Made by a program: the position numbers and the translations under genes. A DNA stretch of 63,741 nucleotides, the filler included, from Olpidium bornovanus S191 (lineage: Eukaryota > Fungi > Olpidiomycota), in assembly GCA_017911155.1 (NCBI GenBank). It is 21 parts of 21 records of this genome, joined end to end, with 100 filler letters (N's around TTAATTAATTAA, not from the genome) between each part and the next. Parts side by side here need not be neighbours in the genome. Positions count along the whole stretch, not along the records: positions 34,352 to 36,570 come from JAEFCI010002849.1; positions 36,671 to 38,404 come from JAEFCI010006592.1; positions 38,505 to 40,491 come from JAEFCI010003086.1; positions 40,592 to 43,545 come from JAEFCI010006716.1; positions 43,646 to 52,345 come from JAEFCI010003825.1; 16 more parts are not named here. One strand, written 5' to 3'. Positions within the stretch are counted from its first letter, which is position 1, and each line of letters begins with the position of its first letter. This document shows positions 35,015-48,035 of the stretch, piece by piece. The notes under the pieces are model-generated. The model made no database searches. It saw nothing but the letters and a program-made list of their open reading frames with translations, and was not told the DNA's origin.

Positions 35015-35427
35015 TGACTGCGGACAGTTCAAATCACCAGTCTTGTTATTCTCGTCTACCTCACAGTGGACTAGTTAGGGGCTGAAACGGGTCACTGGCC
35101 AGGGGTTTGTGCTCGTGTTCTTGTTCGTGTTGTATTGTTGTTCGAGTTCTACACTACAGAGCGCACGCTATGTATGCCCGCCGCCGACGACAGGCGTTTC
35201 TCCGCCCTGCTGGATGCAACGGCAAGAGAGAAAAGACGGAGAGAAGCGTTTGACAGCACAGCGCGTGCAGGGCGCGCGGAAGGGTTGCACTGCTGCCGCG
35301 GGGAGTCCTTGCAGAAGACAGGGGAGAAGGGTTTGACGGCGTAACCGCGCGTATGGTGGCCGGGGGGGAAACGAATTTAAGGGGGTCACCGGTCATGTGA
35401 CCCATCGTTGTCCTGGCGGGCGTAACA
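35015..35427 (-). mobile_element. Putative 5' LTR (TGTTACG...GCAGTCA)
   Basis: TG...CA termini directly upstream of the PBS and gag. Confidence 0.5.
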
Positions 35428-35497
35428 CGGGAAAGTATCACTGACTGCGCAGCCGGCGTCCGTAACCCGCGACCAGAACAATTTTTGTTGAACTCTT

Positions 35498-35547
35498 TGT
35501 CAACGACGCTTTGGTCGGACACCCTGTCAACGACACTTTGGTCGGAC
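35498..35547. repeat. 27-bp-period direct repeat TGTCAACGAC(G/A)CTTTGGTCGGAC x2
   Basis: Directly visible. Confidence 0.85.
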
Positions 35548-36670
35548 CCCTCGGAATCAACAATTCGGGTATGATCCTTCGGGCCCTTTTTCCAATGCGC
35601 AGTGCACCGAGTTCAACGCACAGCGATGTCTCCTCTGGGGGTGACCCCCTATCATGTTGATGAATTCTTGGGTCTCATCACATTTTTCTCACCCTCCAAA
35701 AAGAGTGGCCTCCACCAAGACAGGATTTTCCTCCACTCCGGACACCAGTTATCAGCGGTGAGGGCTGTCTCAGCTGGGCCTACATCCTAGGCCCTATAAG
35801 GCCGTTGCGCAGTCGCATCGCCAGCGCAGCCTCGTCCAACTCCCTGGCCTGCCTAGGAGGGGCGCTCCCTGCCATTGGAGCGCCTTGCGCTCCCGCCCCT
35901 GGGGCAGGGAGAAACAGCCTCTGGCCGAATCCCCCGGCATTTGGAGGGGGTCCCCCATTGAGGGCCACCAAACCCGAAGCCACAACCAAAGCTACCAAAT
36001 CCCCCGGGGCGTATACACCGAACGGCACAGGTCCGTATCCACCAGCAAAGCCACTACTGTCACCCCAGTTCGGCGCGCTAATCCCACGGCCGACCCCTCG
36101 CCGAAGCTTCCTTGGCGCCTGGTTGAGAGCTACGCCCTTTATACCTTTTGCTTCCGGTTGCGAGTGCGCCCGTGCCTGCACGGGTTTTTCCTCATTTCCC
36201 AACCGTGGCTCAGGAGGGACCAGTTTGTGCATTCCCGTAGTCTCATGTTGCACCCTTGGGCTATCACGCGTGACCAAATCAAGGGGAAAGCACCTCCATT
36301 GCTCACTCGGCCCCAATCAATTTAAGCCCTGGGATGAGGCATGGGCGGAGCGATCCCTTTTCAATTGTCGACCCAGGGCGGAAGATGCCGGGAGGTTTGG
36401 GCCTTTGACAAGGAGACCATGGCTGTTGTCAGGGCTTTGTTCGCAGACACATGTATGTATACAATCGTCTCTCGGATAACTCGTTCCCGAACGGGGCAAA
36501 AAAACCTTTAAATGTGACGTTTTCCCAGCTAAAAAGTATTATCGTGTTGATTGTTGTTCAAAATCTTCCTNNNNNNNNNNNNNNNNNNNNNNNNNNNNNN
36601 NNNNNNNNNNNNNNTTAATTAATTAANNNNNNNNNNNNNNNNNNNNNNNNNNNNNNNNNNNNNNNNNNNN

Positions 36671-38085
36671 CTCCCGCCAACGCTGTGTCGCCGCTGCCAG
36701 GTCCCTCGTCAGGTAAAGCGTAGTACCATCCGCCTTCTGCAGCAAGGGCTTGTACAACTTGTACTTCGTCAGATCTACGAGCAAGCTGCCTTGCGGCTCC
36801 TGCTCCGTCAGACCCCGTTTCCCAAGTTCCTCAAGAAGGCCAGGCACAGCGCTCGATGTTGTCGACTCGCCAGAAACGCCCTCGTGCCGGACTCCGAGCC
36901 GCTCGTAAGTGATATCCAGCTCCTTCAGTGTCATATCGCGAAACCGCTTCCAGACCGCAATCGCCACCTCGTCACCTGAACCTGTACAGTAAGAAACAGC
37001 TTCCAAAAACCGACTTCGCGTTTTCTTTCCTTCCGTAAACCTCGCATACCTTTTTCCATTCTTCGGAAAAATTCTCTGGCTTCCGTATGTAATACATCAT
37101 TTTTCTCCGCTTCGGCATTTATCTTGACGTACACTTCATACAGGTGGTCTATTGGTTCTGAGGCTAATTTCTTCTCAGATCCGAACCGTTGGAATCCGAC
37201 GGCAAGAAGTCCTGCGAGGCAATGAGGCCGGGACACGCGATGAACACGGAGTCGGTCAAGCAGCTGCAACGGGGTTTCCAAACCATTCTTCTACATCCTC
37301 CACTCGTCGGCGGTTCCATTATGACGACGGCGGACAATTCATACCAAATTGCTTTCCCCAATCACCCAAATAGTTTATGCCGATAACTTTATAACCGAAA
37401 GCACTGTGGAGATTCTTGAGAAATCCTCCCAGGATCGTACTCCGCAAGTGGCCGGCGTGTAGGGGCTTCGCAATGTTCGGAGAGCTGTAGTCAATGCACA
37501 CAGAGCGGCCGCGGCCGTACTCCGGATTGACACCATACTTTGTCCGCTGTGCCGCTATCTCCGCAAGGGTCTCCCGCGCAAACGAGACGGAATCGAGGTT
37601 GAAGTTGAGGAAGTGCCCAGAAGACGACACGCTTGATACCAAATCGTCTGTCTTAAACTGAGGTTTCGGGCGGTGGCCAGAAAATGCGAGGGAGAGGAAA
37701 GTGGGGAAGGGGGCTGACGTTAACGGTCCCCGCGTTTGGGGACCTGGGTGTTTTTGTTGGCAGTGTCCGGGCGTCACGAAGGTGGACGGCGGCTCGTAGC
37801 AGTTCGACGCAGCTGTCATACCTTCTGCACCACATACGCGGCATACGCGGCTGCCGTAGACGTCTTCTCGTCCGCCGGGACCGCTGCGGGGACCGCGCCT
37901 TCAGCCTCTGCGCCCCCTGGCAGAGGCGGCGCCCTGTCCGTGTTCCACAGCCAGGGCAAGGGCAGCGTGTAGTGTGCTTGTGTCCCGTCTTTCGACTTTG
38001 CGATCGCGTCCAGCACCTGCTTCTCCTGGAACCCCGTGAGGCGCGCAAGCTGCTTGGCGATCGTCTGCCGCGCCCTCAGCGCCAT
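36671..38085 (-). CDS. Arginyl-tRNA synthetase, multi-exon, 3' truncated
   Basis: DYSSPNIAKPLHAGHLRSTILG (HIGH motif), INYLGDWGKQFG|LLAVGF, YEVYVKIN, AREFFRRME and K.DGTTLYLTRDLAAA. Cytosolic versus mitochondrial paralog not resolved. Confidence 0.95.
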
Positions 38086-40070
38086 ATCTTCCTGCGACCG
38101 CTGACGTCGTTTCGGTCGTCCGACGCCCTCCTCTCCGTCCGCGTTCCCTGTCCGGCGTTTATGAGGCCTTTTCCGACGAAATATCGGATATTTTTCGACG
38201 GAACGTCAATAAAATTGCGTGCCCTCCCCCGCCATACACCACCGGAGCCGCGGACAAAAAGAAAAGCGTGCCAAGCGCCTCCACATGGTGCTTCCTGGGC
38301 AGCGGCTCAGCTAAGTTTCGGCAGGACCAGCTTAATTTGACAAACAATCCGCAGGTTCGTCCTGTCGGTGAGTTGGTTCCACCGTTGGAGTATCGTGTTT
38401 GACANNNNNNNNNNNNNNNNNNNNNNNNNNNNNNNNNNNNNNNNNNNNTTAATTAATTAANNNNNNNNNNNNNNNNNNNNNNNNNNNNNNNNNNNNNNNN
38501 NNNNCACCCAGCCGAGTCGACAGCTGCCGAATTTCGTTATTCCCGGCGACATTTATGCGTCACCACGGTGCAGGAACTTGCCTACTCTGATTTGGCGAAA
38601 AACCAAAGCCTATCTTACTTGCCCCCCCCGCGATCAAACAGCCGGCAGCGCAAGAAACTCTAATAAACAAAAATCAAAAATTCCTCTTATGCAAGTTCGC
38701 GACGTTAGATCGGATGACGGGTTTTTGGATAGGGCCGCATGGTTCCGTTGCAAATGTGAGCACACGAACGATGCCGCGTGTTGCGAAAAAAGCATCGCGG
38801 ACGCTGCGGTACCTCACTAATGCGTGTTTGTCCCTCGACTGTCCTACTTTGATCATCTTTGCGCTGGGCGTTTTGAGAACGGCCAGTTGCCGCCGTTTTC
38901 TGCTGTCTCAAGGAGAGGCTTGCGCGCTCGGTTAAAAGTTATGTCCCCCATTCCGTTCTGCAAATTCGCCACTCCGTGTAGTTTCGAACGCGCGTAATTC
39001 ACCTTTCGAAGGCAGGGGTCGCGGCGGGAGGAGACCCTTCGCAACGTGAGTTTAAAACGCTTTAAAGAAATGCGGCGACCGCTCAATATGACCGACAGCC
39101 TGCATGGAATCGTCACTGGAGGCCAGGCAGCAGGCAGACCGCGCCGGAGCTACGACTTCGAGAGCTCCGTCCTGCTTTTTGCCACGGCGCAGTGCGCGCA
39201 GAAAAAGAAAAGGCCTGGATTGACGGCAAGGAGCTGGAAGTCACCCAAAACGTGCGCGCTTGTCCGGCATGTAGGATCTCCCATGCCGGACGAGAGTGTC
39301 TGCGTAGGAAGGGGGGACCTTTAGGGTAATCGAGTAGACGTAAACGCCATACAATCCAAGGGCAGATAGATTGAATGCGTTCCCAGGGCTTTGCTGACTG
39401 CGACGCCGTTTCACTCAACGTTGGACCGTGAACGTCAAGCGTAACTTTCACGCCGTTCTGAGTTGCTACGCCGACGGAAAGTAGGGCGCGGCAAAACTGA
39501 CGGACGTGAATCGCGCCATTTACTGCCAAGCGCCAGTAACCGGTACTGGCCAAGGCGCCCGTGCGGGAGCCGGTTTCTGGAGAGGCATCTCTCGATGTCG
39601 GGGCACTCGGAATCTTCAAGAAAAGCGATAGTGCAATCGCCGTAGCCGCATTCAGATTAGCCAAATTCAGGAGGCCTGGCCGCTGTTCGCCCGTGATCAC
39701 AAGTTCTATCACAAGTATTCTTGCCTGCCAAACGGGGGAGGTATTGCATTGTTTTGCGGCAACCAAATCAGCGACAACCCGTCATATCAACAAACTTCTT
39801 ATTCACGACATCGCCTGCAAAATTTCCCATTTCAAGCTCGCGTGTATGGTCAAAAGTCGACGGACAAGGTTGGACGTCGTCTTCCAAAGGGCGAGCCCGC
39901 CACCAAATGTTGAAAAATAAGTAGGTACGCACCCAGACATCAACAAAAAAAAATCGGTACGCCGCAAACTGTTACATAAAGGGAACCGTCCTACCTTCCT
40001 TCCTTCCTTCCTGCCGATCACGCTGTCGATCGAGATGCTAATCGCAATGCCTTCTTCCGTTTTTTCTTCT

Positions 40071-40200
40071 TTCCTTCCTTCGTCCTTCCTTCTTTCCTTC
40101 GTTTCTTCGTTCCTTCGTTCCTTCCATAATTCCTTCCTTCCTTCGTCCTTCCTTCTTTCCTTCGTTCCTTCGTTCCTTCGTTCCTTCCATAATTCCTTCC
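40071..40200. repeat. Pyrimidine-rich compound repeat (TTCC/TTCG)n, about 63-bp unit duplicated
   Basis: Two units each end ...TTCCTTCCATAA. Confidence 0.9.
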
Positions 40201-40591
40201 TTTTTTGGTGTTTCGTGGAGTGAATCCGCCCTCCCGGCAGCGCCCAGCAGGAGCCGTCAACCGCCACACACCCCTTTGTCCCTGACACAGCAGTTCATAG
40301 GGTAGAGCCGGGCAGAGCCGGCGCAACGCCACCTTCTGCCACAACTCATTCCCCATCTCCTTCCCCCCCTCCCCTTCCTTACTTTTTATTTTTCCGTTCA
40401 AGGCGTCAAAAATTCAGGGGTTCTGACCAAACGCCCGTCGTCACCTGCGCAATGTGGGACCCCTTTCAGGAATTTGTTTGGTGTGAACATGNNNNNNNNN
40501 NNNNNNNNNNNNNNNNNNNNNNNNNNNNNNNNNNNTTAATTAATTAANNNNNNNNNNNNNNNNNNNNNNNNNNNNNNNNNNNNNNNNNNNN

Positions 40592-41950
40592 CGAGGTGGC
40601 AGTTTCAGCGCAGCGGCCGTTTCGGTCCCGGTCTTGCTAACAACGGACGCCGTCGTCGGCGATTTTCCTATCCGCCCGAGCGCTGCCGGCGACTTGAGAC
40701 CACTGTACCATGCGATATGCGAGACAGCTCCTGTGCCACTTCTTTCGTGCAGTCGTTTGCGCGGAACAGAGGAAGAAAACGCTGACACGGTCCCAGACCC
40801 TGGTGTTGCCGCGGAAGCTGTGGCAGCGTTGTCCGCGGTCTTGGCCGTCGGTGCTAGCAACAGAGGATGACTCCGCCGCCCTAGAAGGCCATTCGCCCAC
40901 TGCTTCGCCCACACCATGCGCTGTCTAACAGATCTATTTCAAGAGGCGAAAGCTATTAGGAAAATAGAAAGCACGGCTCCCCCCATCCTACTGCAAGTGC
41001 AGCTGTCCAACGCGCACGAACGAAATTTACCTTTTTGCAAGGGTGACATTAACCTTCCTAGAATTTTTCATGAGATATAACGCTGTCCAGTTGAGAAGCA
41101 GCAGAAGTATGCAAAAAAAGTCGAAGGAGCAAAAGCGCAGCAGCAACGTGAATCCGGTTAGGGCGCAGAGCACGCGCCTCCTCTGGCGAACCAACGCAAT
41201 CTCCCTCAGGACGTGAAAAGGCAGATTCCGAGTCCCCCCGGCAACAGAATAAGTAATCTCCGGATCCGTCAGCAAGGTGGCAGCATGAAAAGGAATCTCG
41301 AGAAACGTAAGGTTCTCCTGCGGCTTGGGACGGGGGCTGCCGGACGCAGCATCGGCTCCGACTTTTATATCTCCAGCGCTGGCTCCTCCCACCCACTGCT
41401 GTATGGCTTCCAGCGGACTTGCTGTCCAAGCTGGCCATCCAGTGGCCCCGCGCGCCTCCGCTGGTCTTCCAAGCTCTGGGTTTGAGTTGCCCTCGTCCTC
41501 GGCGTCGTCTTCGTCGTTTGATACTCCATTCACCCCTTCAAAAGCGTCCTTAGCCCCGGCTTTCAACGCCCCATCGGTAACCGGCGACGAAGTCGCTGAA
41601 TCCTGAGCCGTTACGTCCAGGGTCGCCGATGACCGGCCTTGAAGTTCGCGTAATGGCGAACTGAGCTGAAGCCCTTGTGAAATGCTACCCAAACGGGGGA
41701 AAAATTCTCGTTTCACCATCGGTCCTGCACTGTTGCTGCGTGTCCTCCGCCCGGTCTGCTGCCTCAACGTCTGCGGCCGCACATCCCCTCTCGACTCCAA
41801 CTGCGGTGCGTCATCCTCTTCGGCTTGGTCCGCCGCATCGTCGACTTCTTCGTCTTCGGAGGATGCCGAGGTGGAACTCTCGTCGGTAAGGAGAGACTGC
41901 GAATGTGCACCGCCGTCCCCAAAACGGTCTATTTTGCTTTGGTCGATCTG
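40592..41950 (-). CDS. Hypothetical membrane protein (acidic low-complexity region followed by two TM helices)
   Basis: RRRVLCALTGFTLLLRFCSFDFFCILLLLLNWTALYLMKNSRKVNVTLAKR|SVRQRMVWAKQW, with clean GT-AG splicing in frame. Confidence 0.65.
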
Positions 41951-44232
41951 AGGTAGCGGAAACCGCGTGATTGCGCCGGATGAAAGTCAACTGAGGCCAA
42001 CGTTGGATGGTGACAAAAGCTGCTATATGTCCCTCCGCACCTGTACTTGGCCGGTGTGCCATTGTTTAAGCCACTTGGCTATTTTTTTCGACGACCTCTT
42101 CCCGTCCACTTGCGGCAATATGACCCTTGTGAGAAACCTAACTGCTTCCTTCTGGCTCTCTAGGTCGTCGCCTTCGGCAACTTACGGAGCGAGCGGTCGG
42201 AGGAAATAAGAATCGCGCGTGTGTGGGGGGGGGGGGGTCAAAGCGGGGAAAGGAAAAGGCTCGCTGCAGCGGGGCGCAAATATACGCACGTTTGTAAAGC
42301 GGGAATCCAACGGTTACCACGCGGTACGGACGGGGAGGATTCTTCAACTGGCGGGTTGGTTGGTGCCTCTGAACGGCGAAGTACGGGCCGCTGCACACAG
42401 TGCGCCACGCCTTGCCGAGCTGTGCGGACGCGGTTGCCGCGCGGGGCAGGCGAGGATGCGTCAAAATCAGGTCGTGGGCGCCGCATCTTGTCGAAAGCAC
42501 GGTACGAGGGTGCAGACGCCTCACGTTACGGCGGCGCCAGGGAAAGAGCGGCAGGATAGGATATTACAGAGTTGACGATAATACCAGGTAGCACCCAAGA
42601 CATGACCGAAAGGCCAGACCCGGCGCACTCCCGCGGGCAGTCAGGCGGGGGGAGGGCCGGGGGGGAGGGCCGGTCGCCCCGGGGCAGCGGCGGGGCGCCG
42701 TCGGTTCACCCGGAGTCTACCGCGGGCGCGCGGGAGGGGCGGGCGGGGTGAAGCCAGTGCCTGTTGGAAGCCTCTTCTCTCAAAACGCCGAACGCCCACG
42801 AAAACGTTCGACGCGCGCTCCCCTCCAACCCCCCGGGCTCCAGCCGCGCGACCCGAGACTCATCGAGCGCACCAGCACAAAGTGCAAGACCTGGAAGAAA
42901 AAAAAAAAGGAAACGGCGCTTCGAACGTCCTGCTTTTCTTGCATTCGCCGCGTTGACATTCAAGAATTCTCGCCTGGCCTTGCGGTTTTCATCCATCAAA
43001 CACGCTGCACTATAAAGGCTACCAGATCAATGCTCTTTAAGACTTTTGCTGCGGGGGGGACACTCACAGCGAGGTTGGCAGGGTGGCCCAAAGTCGCGCT
43101 GCAAGAGGAGCCGCGCCGAGCGGCGGGCGGAGCCGCACCTGGTAGCAACGCAGTATCGTCAATCCGCGCCGTGGCGGGATTTTTGAAGCACGCTGACTTT
43201 TGCGTGCTCGGAGCCACCGCGTTGGTCGGAGGTCTCTATTACCGGCTGCGGTAACGAGATGCCATCATATACAGCTGGTATTTCGGCCAACGCCTCATCG
43301 GTAGCAAGGACGCGAGAGACGTTATACGTATTTCGTAAAGTCAATAAGCGAAAGCTGAATGCTCGCCCTTAGAGAACAGGTTGGGCCCCGGATGCTGAAG
43401 TTAGCAATATAAGGATGAGTGCAACATGTGGGTTGCAGACAGTCACGCTAGACGGCAGTGACTCTGCGAAAAGTATCCCGGCCTGCCTTATGCCGGCCGG
43501 ACACTGCCAGTTGCCCTGCCGTTGTCCTGCCCCGGTCGTAGGACGNNNNNNNNNNNNNNNNNNNNNNNNNNNNNNNNNNNNNNNNNNNNTTAATTAATTA
43601 ANNNNNNNNNNNNNNNNNNNNNNNNNNNNNNNNNNNNNNNNNNNNTCATGGCGCTGGGAGCGCTTCAGACACCGTCTTTAGGTCTGGAGCTTTAACGGCC
43701 TCCGCAAAGCGAGCATCGAGTCCGCCGCGAAAGGCCACCACACATATTCCTAACAATTTCCAAATGTAATACTTTTGAGAATTACCGGCCGCTTCTCCCC
43801 TAAGTTCGTCACCACCGACGTCATATTCCTGAATTTGATCCGTTCGCTTACTTCCGTGGGATGGAGAGGGCGCATCAGAGTTCCGAATTTCCCCGATTCT
43901 CTCTTTTCTTCTCCGTAAACCGACAGACGCACTTACCAGCTGTTGCCCGATGCACCGCGAAGAGTTTCTCCGCCAAAAAAGCCGCGACACGCACAAGAAC
44001 AACTTCAGCACTCTCCCGCGCTGCCGACGTCACTGATGGGGAGGGGTCGGTGCTGTGCGCGGAGGGCTGGGGAACGGGCGCGGCTGGCGGTCGTCCTGGA
44101 TTTTGCCGCGTTTGGGCGCGTTCCGGGCCGAAGGAGAGGGGGGTTTCGACTTTCCCCGCGCGCACTCTTTCGGCCCACCTCATCCCGGAAACCCCGCTGC
44201 CGCCGCCTTTCCCCGGCGCCGTGACCCCGGCC

Positions 44233-46587
44233 ATGCGCTGCGCCGACGGCCGCCCGCCGCTGCCTGCCCACGCCCAGCGCGCACCAGCCCTGGCGCCCGC
44301 CGCCCACGCCGCCCGTGTTCCGCCCGAACCCGGCGGCCCGCTTCGCGACTGCCAGTGCCAGCGCTGTCGGCGCCAGCCCCGGCTGCAGCAGTTGCAACTG
44401 CAGATGCCGTTGCCCGTCTGTGCGTGCGCACCGATGCCCTGTGCACCCGTGCTGCTCCTCCACGCCGGACGCTGTCTGCCCGCCGACGTCCCGCTGTGCG
44501 CTCTGCACGGCGCCTCGACCGCGGCCGGGGACGGCGCGCACCAGGAAGGCGAGCCTCGTCCGGCTGCCGCGATGCAGTGGAAGGCTCGCGACGTGCTAAA
44601 GGCCAAGCAGGTTCGCCAGCCACGACGGGCGCTCCTGAGGGGGTGGAACACCTGTGCTCACTCCCCACCGTTGCCTCCCTTGCAGTAGGATAATGCCGCC
44701 ACGAAAATCCAGGCGGCCTTCCGAGGGTGCAGGAGCCGGCGACGACTTTTCCAATTCGTGGAGGCCGCGGCCTTGGCCCGGAAGGTAGAACGTCAAGTGC
44801 TTGACGAGGTTATCGACGAGTTCATTCGGCAGGTCCGCCTGCCGGTTGTTTTTCTTCTGATGACGCGGACGTGGGACACGAAATGAACTCACGGTGTTTG
44901 GGTCGATAGAGAGTTTTTCCAAATCTGCTGCTTGAGATCCTCAAGAGCGCGGAAGATCGCATTCTGGTAATCGGCGTTGAACACGCAACGACTGGAGGCT
45001 GAGCCGTGCGGTGCTCCTTGCAATGCTCGAGCCGCTCAAATGCGAAAACCCAGGGATCTAAACACCTAAAAACATTTTTGACCAGGCTGCTACGCCAATC
45101 GACGATCACCTCCGGTTATTTCTGCCGATCTACGAGTACCTGCTGGACGCCGTCATCAAGGAAGAGTGCGAAAGGACGCTGGCTGACATCAGGAACGATT
45201 TTGTGAAGACGTGAGCACCCGAGGGGTTCCAATAGACCTCGTCTTCTATTTTGCAGCCTGTCTCGTTTGAATTACGTCTGGTGTATGAAGCGTTGGACAT
45301 CTTCCCTGATTGTGACCGCAAACGGCTTTTTTCATGGAAGATACCTGTATGCGGACCGACGAAGGCAGTACCTCTCGATCCCGGATGCGGGACATGCACT
45401 GTGTCAGGAAATACTGGATGATGTGATCGCTGACGAGTGCCGCATTGCTGTCAAGGTGCGTGACGACTGATCGGACGGCAGTTCTGTACATGCCAAGCTT
45501 AATCCTTTCCTTCTTGTTGCCAGATGTGTCTCAGAAATCTTGTGGAAAATTATTTAAAGGACGCCCGAAGCGAAGACCTTTGGACAAATATTTGCGAGGA
45601 AGTGGTCCAGGAAGTTTCGCGTAACCATGTCAGTTGCTTGACGCCGAGGGGTAACCTAAAAACAAGTCTTGGCCCGCACTCGGATGGTCAGGTTCACCAA
45701 AAGTACTTCCAAAAAACCAGTGCATAGACGCCATCCAAGCCCGGCGGGCGAAAAAGGCGGCGGAATTGATTGTCCGCGAGCACGTCGATGACGAGGTGTT
45801 CTTCATCCTGCAAGAGATGGAGGCGCAGGTTGGGAATGGCGTAGCTTTCTGGCGCGAGTTATTGACTCCCACGGCTGGTAGATCGAAGGGGGCTGATTGA
45901 ATTGATCCCGGTCGCATCCGATTTGCATTTTCGTTTTCACCCCTACCAAATTGGCAGGGAGGTAGCTGCATTGTGCGTACTGACGCCGAGCTCCACGTTA
46001 TGCGGCTCGTCGATACGATGGCTGGGCGGATCGCGGAGAAAGTCATCCTGGAGCGTGTCCTCGAAACTGTACAACTCCAAACCCAACACTCGCTGCTGCC
46101 GACTGTGAGCCTCTACCTTTGGCTTTCTGAGCGGTGTAGATGTCTTTGACTCAACGCCTGAGGTGTGTGCGCAGGAAATAAGCGACATAGTGCTCGAGGG
46201 CGTTGTGCTCGACAACCTCCTACGGAAATACGTCGGCCTGACGGAACTTCTGGACGAACTAGTTGAGTCTTGTGCCGGACGAATTATTCTGCCTGTTGGA
46301 CGGGAACTTCGGTCCTCGCTATATATCATTGTTACTGCCATTATTGAATGATCGCGAACCGTAACATACCTATCATTTTTTCTGACTCCCTCTGCGGCTT
46401 CTCGCCCTTCCCGCTATTGTTTCAGGAATCTGAGCCCCCGGACGTTTCCGCTCTCCAGAAGACGCTCGCGGCTCAGGCCGTTATGGAAAAGCTTCTGTTG
46501 CCGCATCTGCGAAGGGCTTGCGCGGCGAAATTGGCAGCCATCAGAAACGCCGCCTCGACCGGAGCCTCACGCGATGATCCGAAGTAG
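44233..46587 (+). CDS. IQ-motif protein, many small exons, function unknown
   Basis: Exon from 44689 reads DNAATKIQAAFRGCRSRRR (IQ motif), followed by a series of GT-AG-bounded helical exons ending ...SRDDPK*. The start codon is uncertain. Confidence 0.6.
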
Positions 46588-47757
46588 TAGGAAAGGAACA
46601 CCAAAGACGTGGGCGGATAGTTTCAGTTTCCTGCATGAGAACAGGGCTGTCTTGAGTTTCCCGCCGTCGCACGTGCGTTTATCTGGCGCTCCAACTTTTG
46701 TGACCCAGTCGTGCGCTTTTCAACATTCGGCTGTTCGATCTGTGCTGCGCTGTCGCGAAACCCGCTGCTCTAATATGAATGAACGCCGGGCCGCCACGTC
46801 TGCCACGCCCGTGAGGCAGCTGCGCGACGGAGCGGAGAAAGCTTTGTGTATCGCAGGGCTGTCGAATAGACAATCAGCGTTATGGCAGCTGCATTTACCG
46901 CGAGAGCAGCGTGAAGTCGGCGTCGGAAGGAGAGGTCGGCGTCGGAAGGAGAAGTGCGGTACCTACCACGTCGCGTGAGAACGGACACACGACCTCGCCC
47001 GAGAGGTGCGGTCCCTGTCGAGTCACGTGAGCACGCACCCGACCTGGTCGGAGAGATGCGGTCACGTGACCAACGGATTGGGCGGCTTTGAGCTTTCTCC
47101 GGTCCTGCCACGTGATCTCCCGGACGCATCGAACGCTGCCGCCCGCGTGGGTGCCCCAAAAGCGCGGGACACACGTGTTGACTGCCGGGCCCGGCGGGCG
47201 CCTACACAAGCAGATCCATAGGGGAAAAACAGATTGTGGTGGCAATTACTGCCACGCACACACTAGGTGTTGCAGCACCTGCGATCACGAATGCCAAAGG
47301 CTACGTGCCACGGGAATGACAGCGGGGGAGGGGGGGGGTCTCGCAGCAACCACAGGCTGCGATATGGCGCGCCGTCAACTGTTGCGGAGTGCCTTCCCTC
47401 ACCGAACGTTCCGTGTTTGTGCCTGGATGGGGAGGCTCCGGCACCAGGTGTTTTCACCAGAACAAACCAAATGGAGCGACAGGGAGGGTATCTTGCCCGG
47501 CTTTTGTTAAAAGCTACCTTTTAAAGTTGCTTCCTACCTCCCCTGCCGGAGGGTAGGACTCGCGGGGGATATAAACGGGGCGAGGTTTAGGAGGAACGGC
47601 GCGGACATAAACGAGATATGGTGACCTTCCCTCTCACCTTCCCTCCCCCCACGTAGGCAGTCGGCGCTCGGTGTGGTGGCGGTTGCGGGTGCAAGCGTTA
47701 GCGGAAAACCAAACCTGGACCAATTCGATTCATTAAGACTCGAATTGGGCTTGGAAG

Positions 47758-48035
47758 ATGCGGGTTCAACTGCGTTATCTGGCCAGAGCGTTTCTTCTCG
47801 AACCGGATGGGAAAGCTAGTGTCTCGACACTATCACGGGCAACATCGGCGCTGAGCAGCTTGCCAATGGTGCTGTAGGCTCTTAACGCACCAAACACATT
47901 GAACTCTGTCGGAGCTTAGCACATCAAGCCGTTGACGATGGCGAGATCGTCGTCGACTGGGTTCCAATGGAGCTCAACCCCGCCGACGCATCTACAACGG
48001 GCTTGGTCAAGCACCACTTCAAGGCGTGCCCATGA
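47758..48035 (+). pseudogene. Ty1/copia RNase H C-terminal relic
   Basis: ..NIGAEQLANGAVGS*RTKHIE...AVDDGEIVVDWVPMELNPADASTTGL..HF matches copia DN..A..LA.N...H.RTKHID...V..G.I.V..VP.....AD..TK.L. It has an internal stop and a frameshift. Confidence 0.75.

Noticed and set aside
35600-36500. Possible further gag remnant (ELDEAALAMRLRNGL on the minus strand)
   Set aside because: Only one weak motif. The region is probably TE-derived but I cannot support a call.
38505-40060. Short ORFs in the 38.5-40 kb contig and at 42.1-43.5 kb
   Set aside because: No family motifs or consistent exon chain were found.
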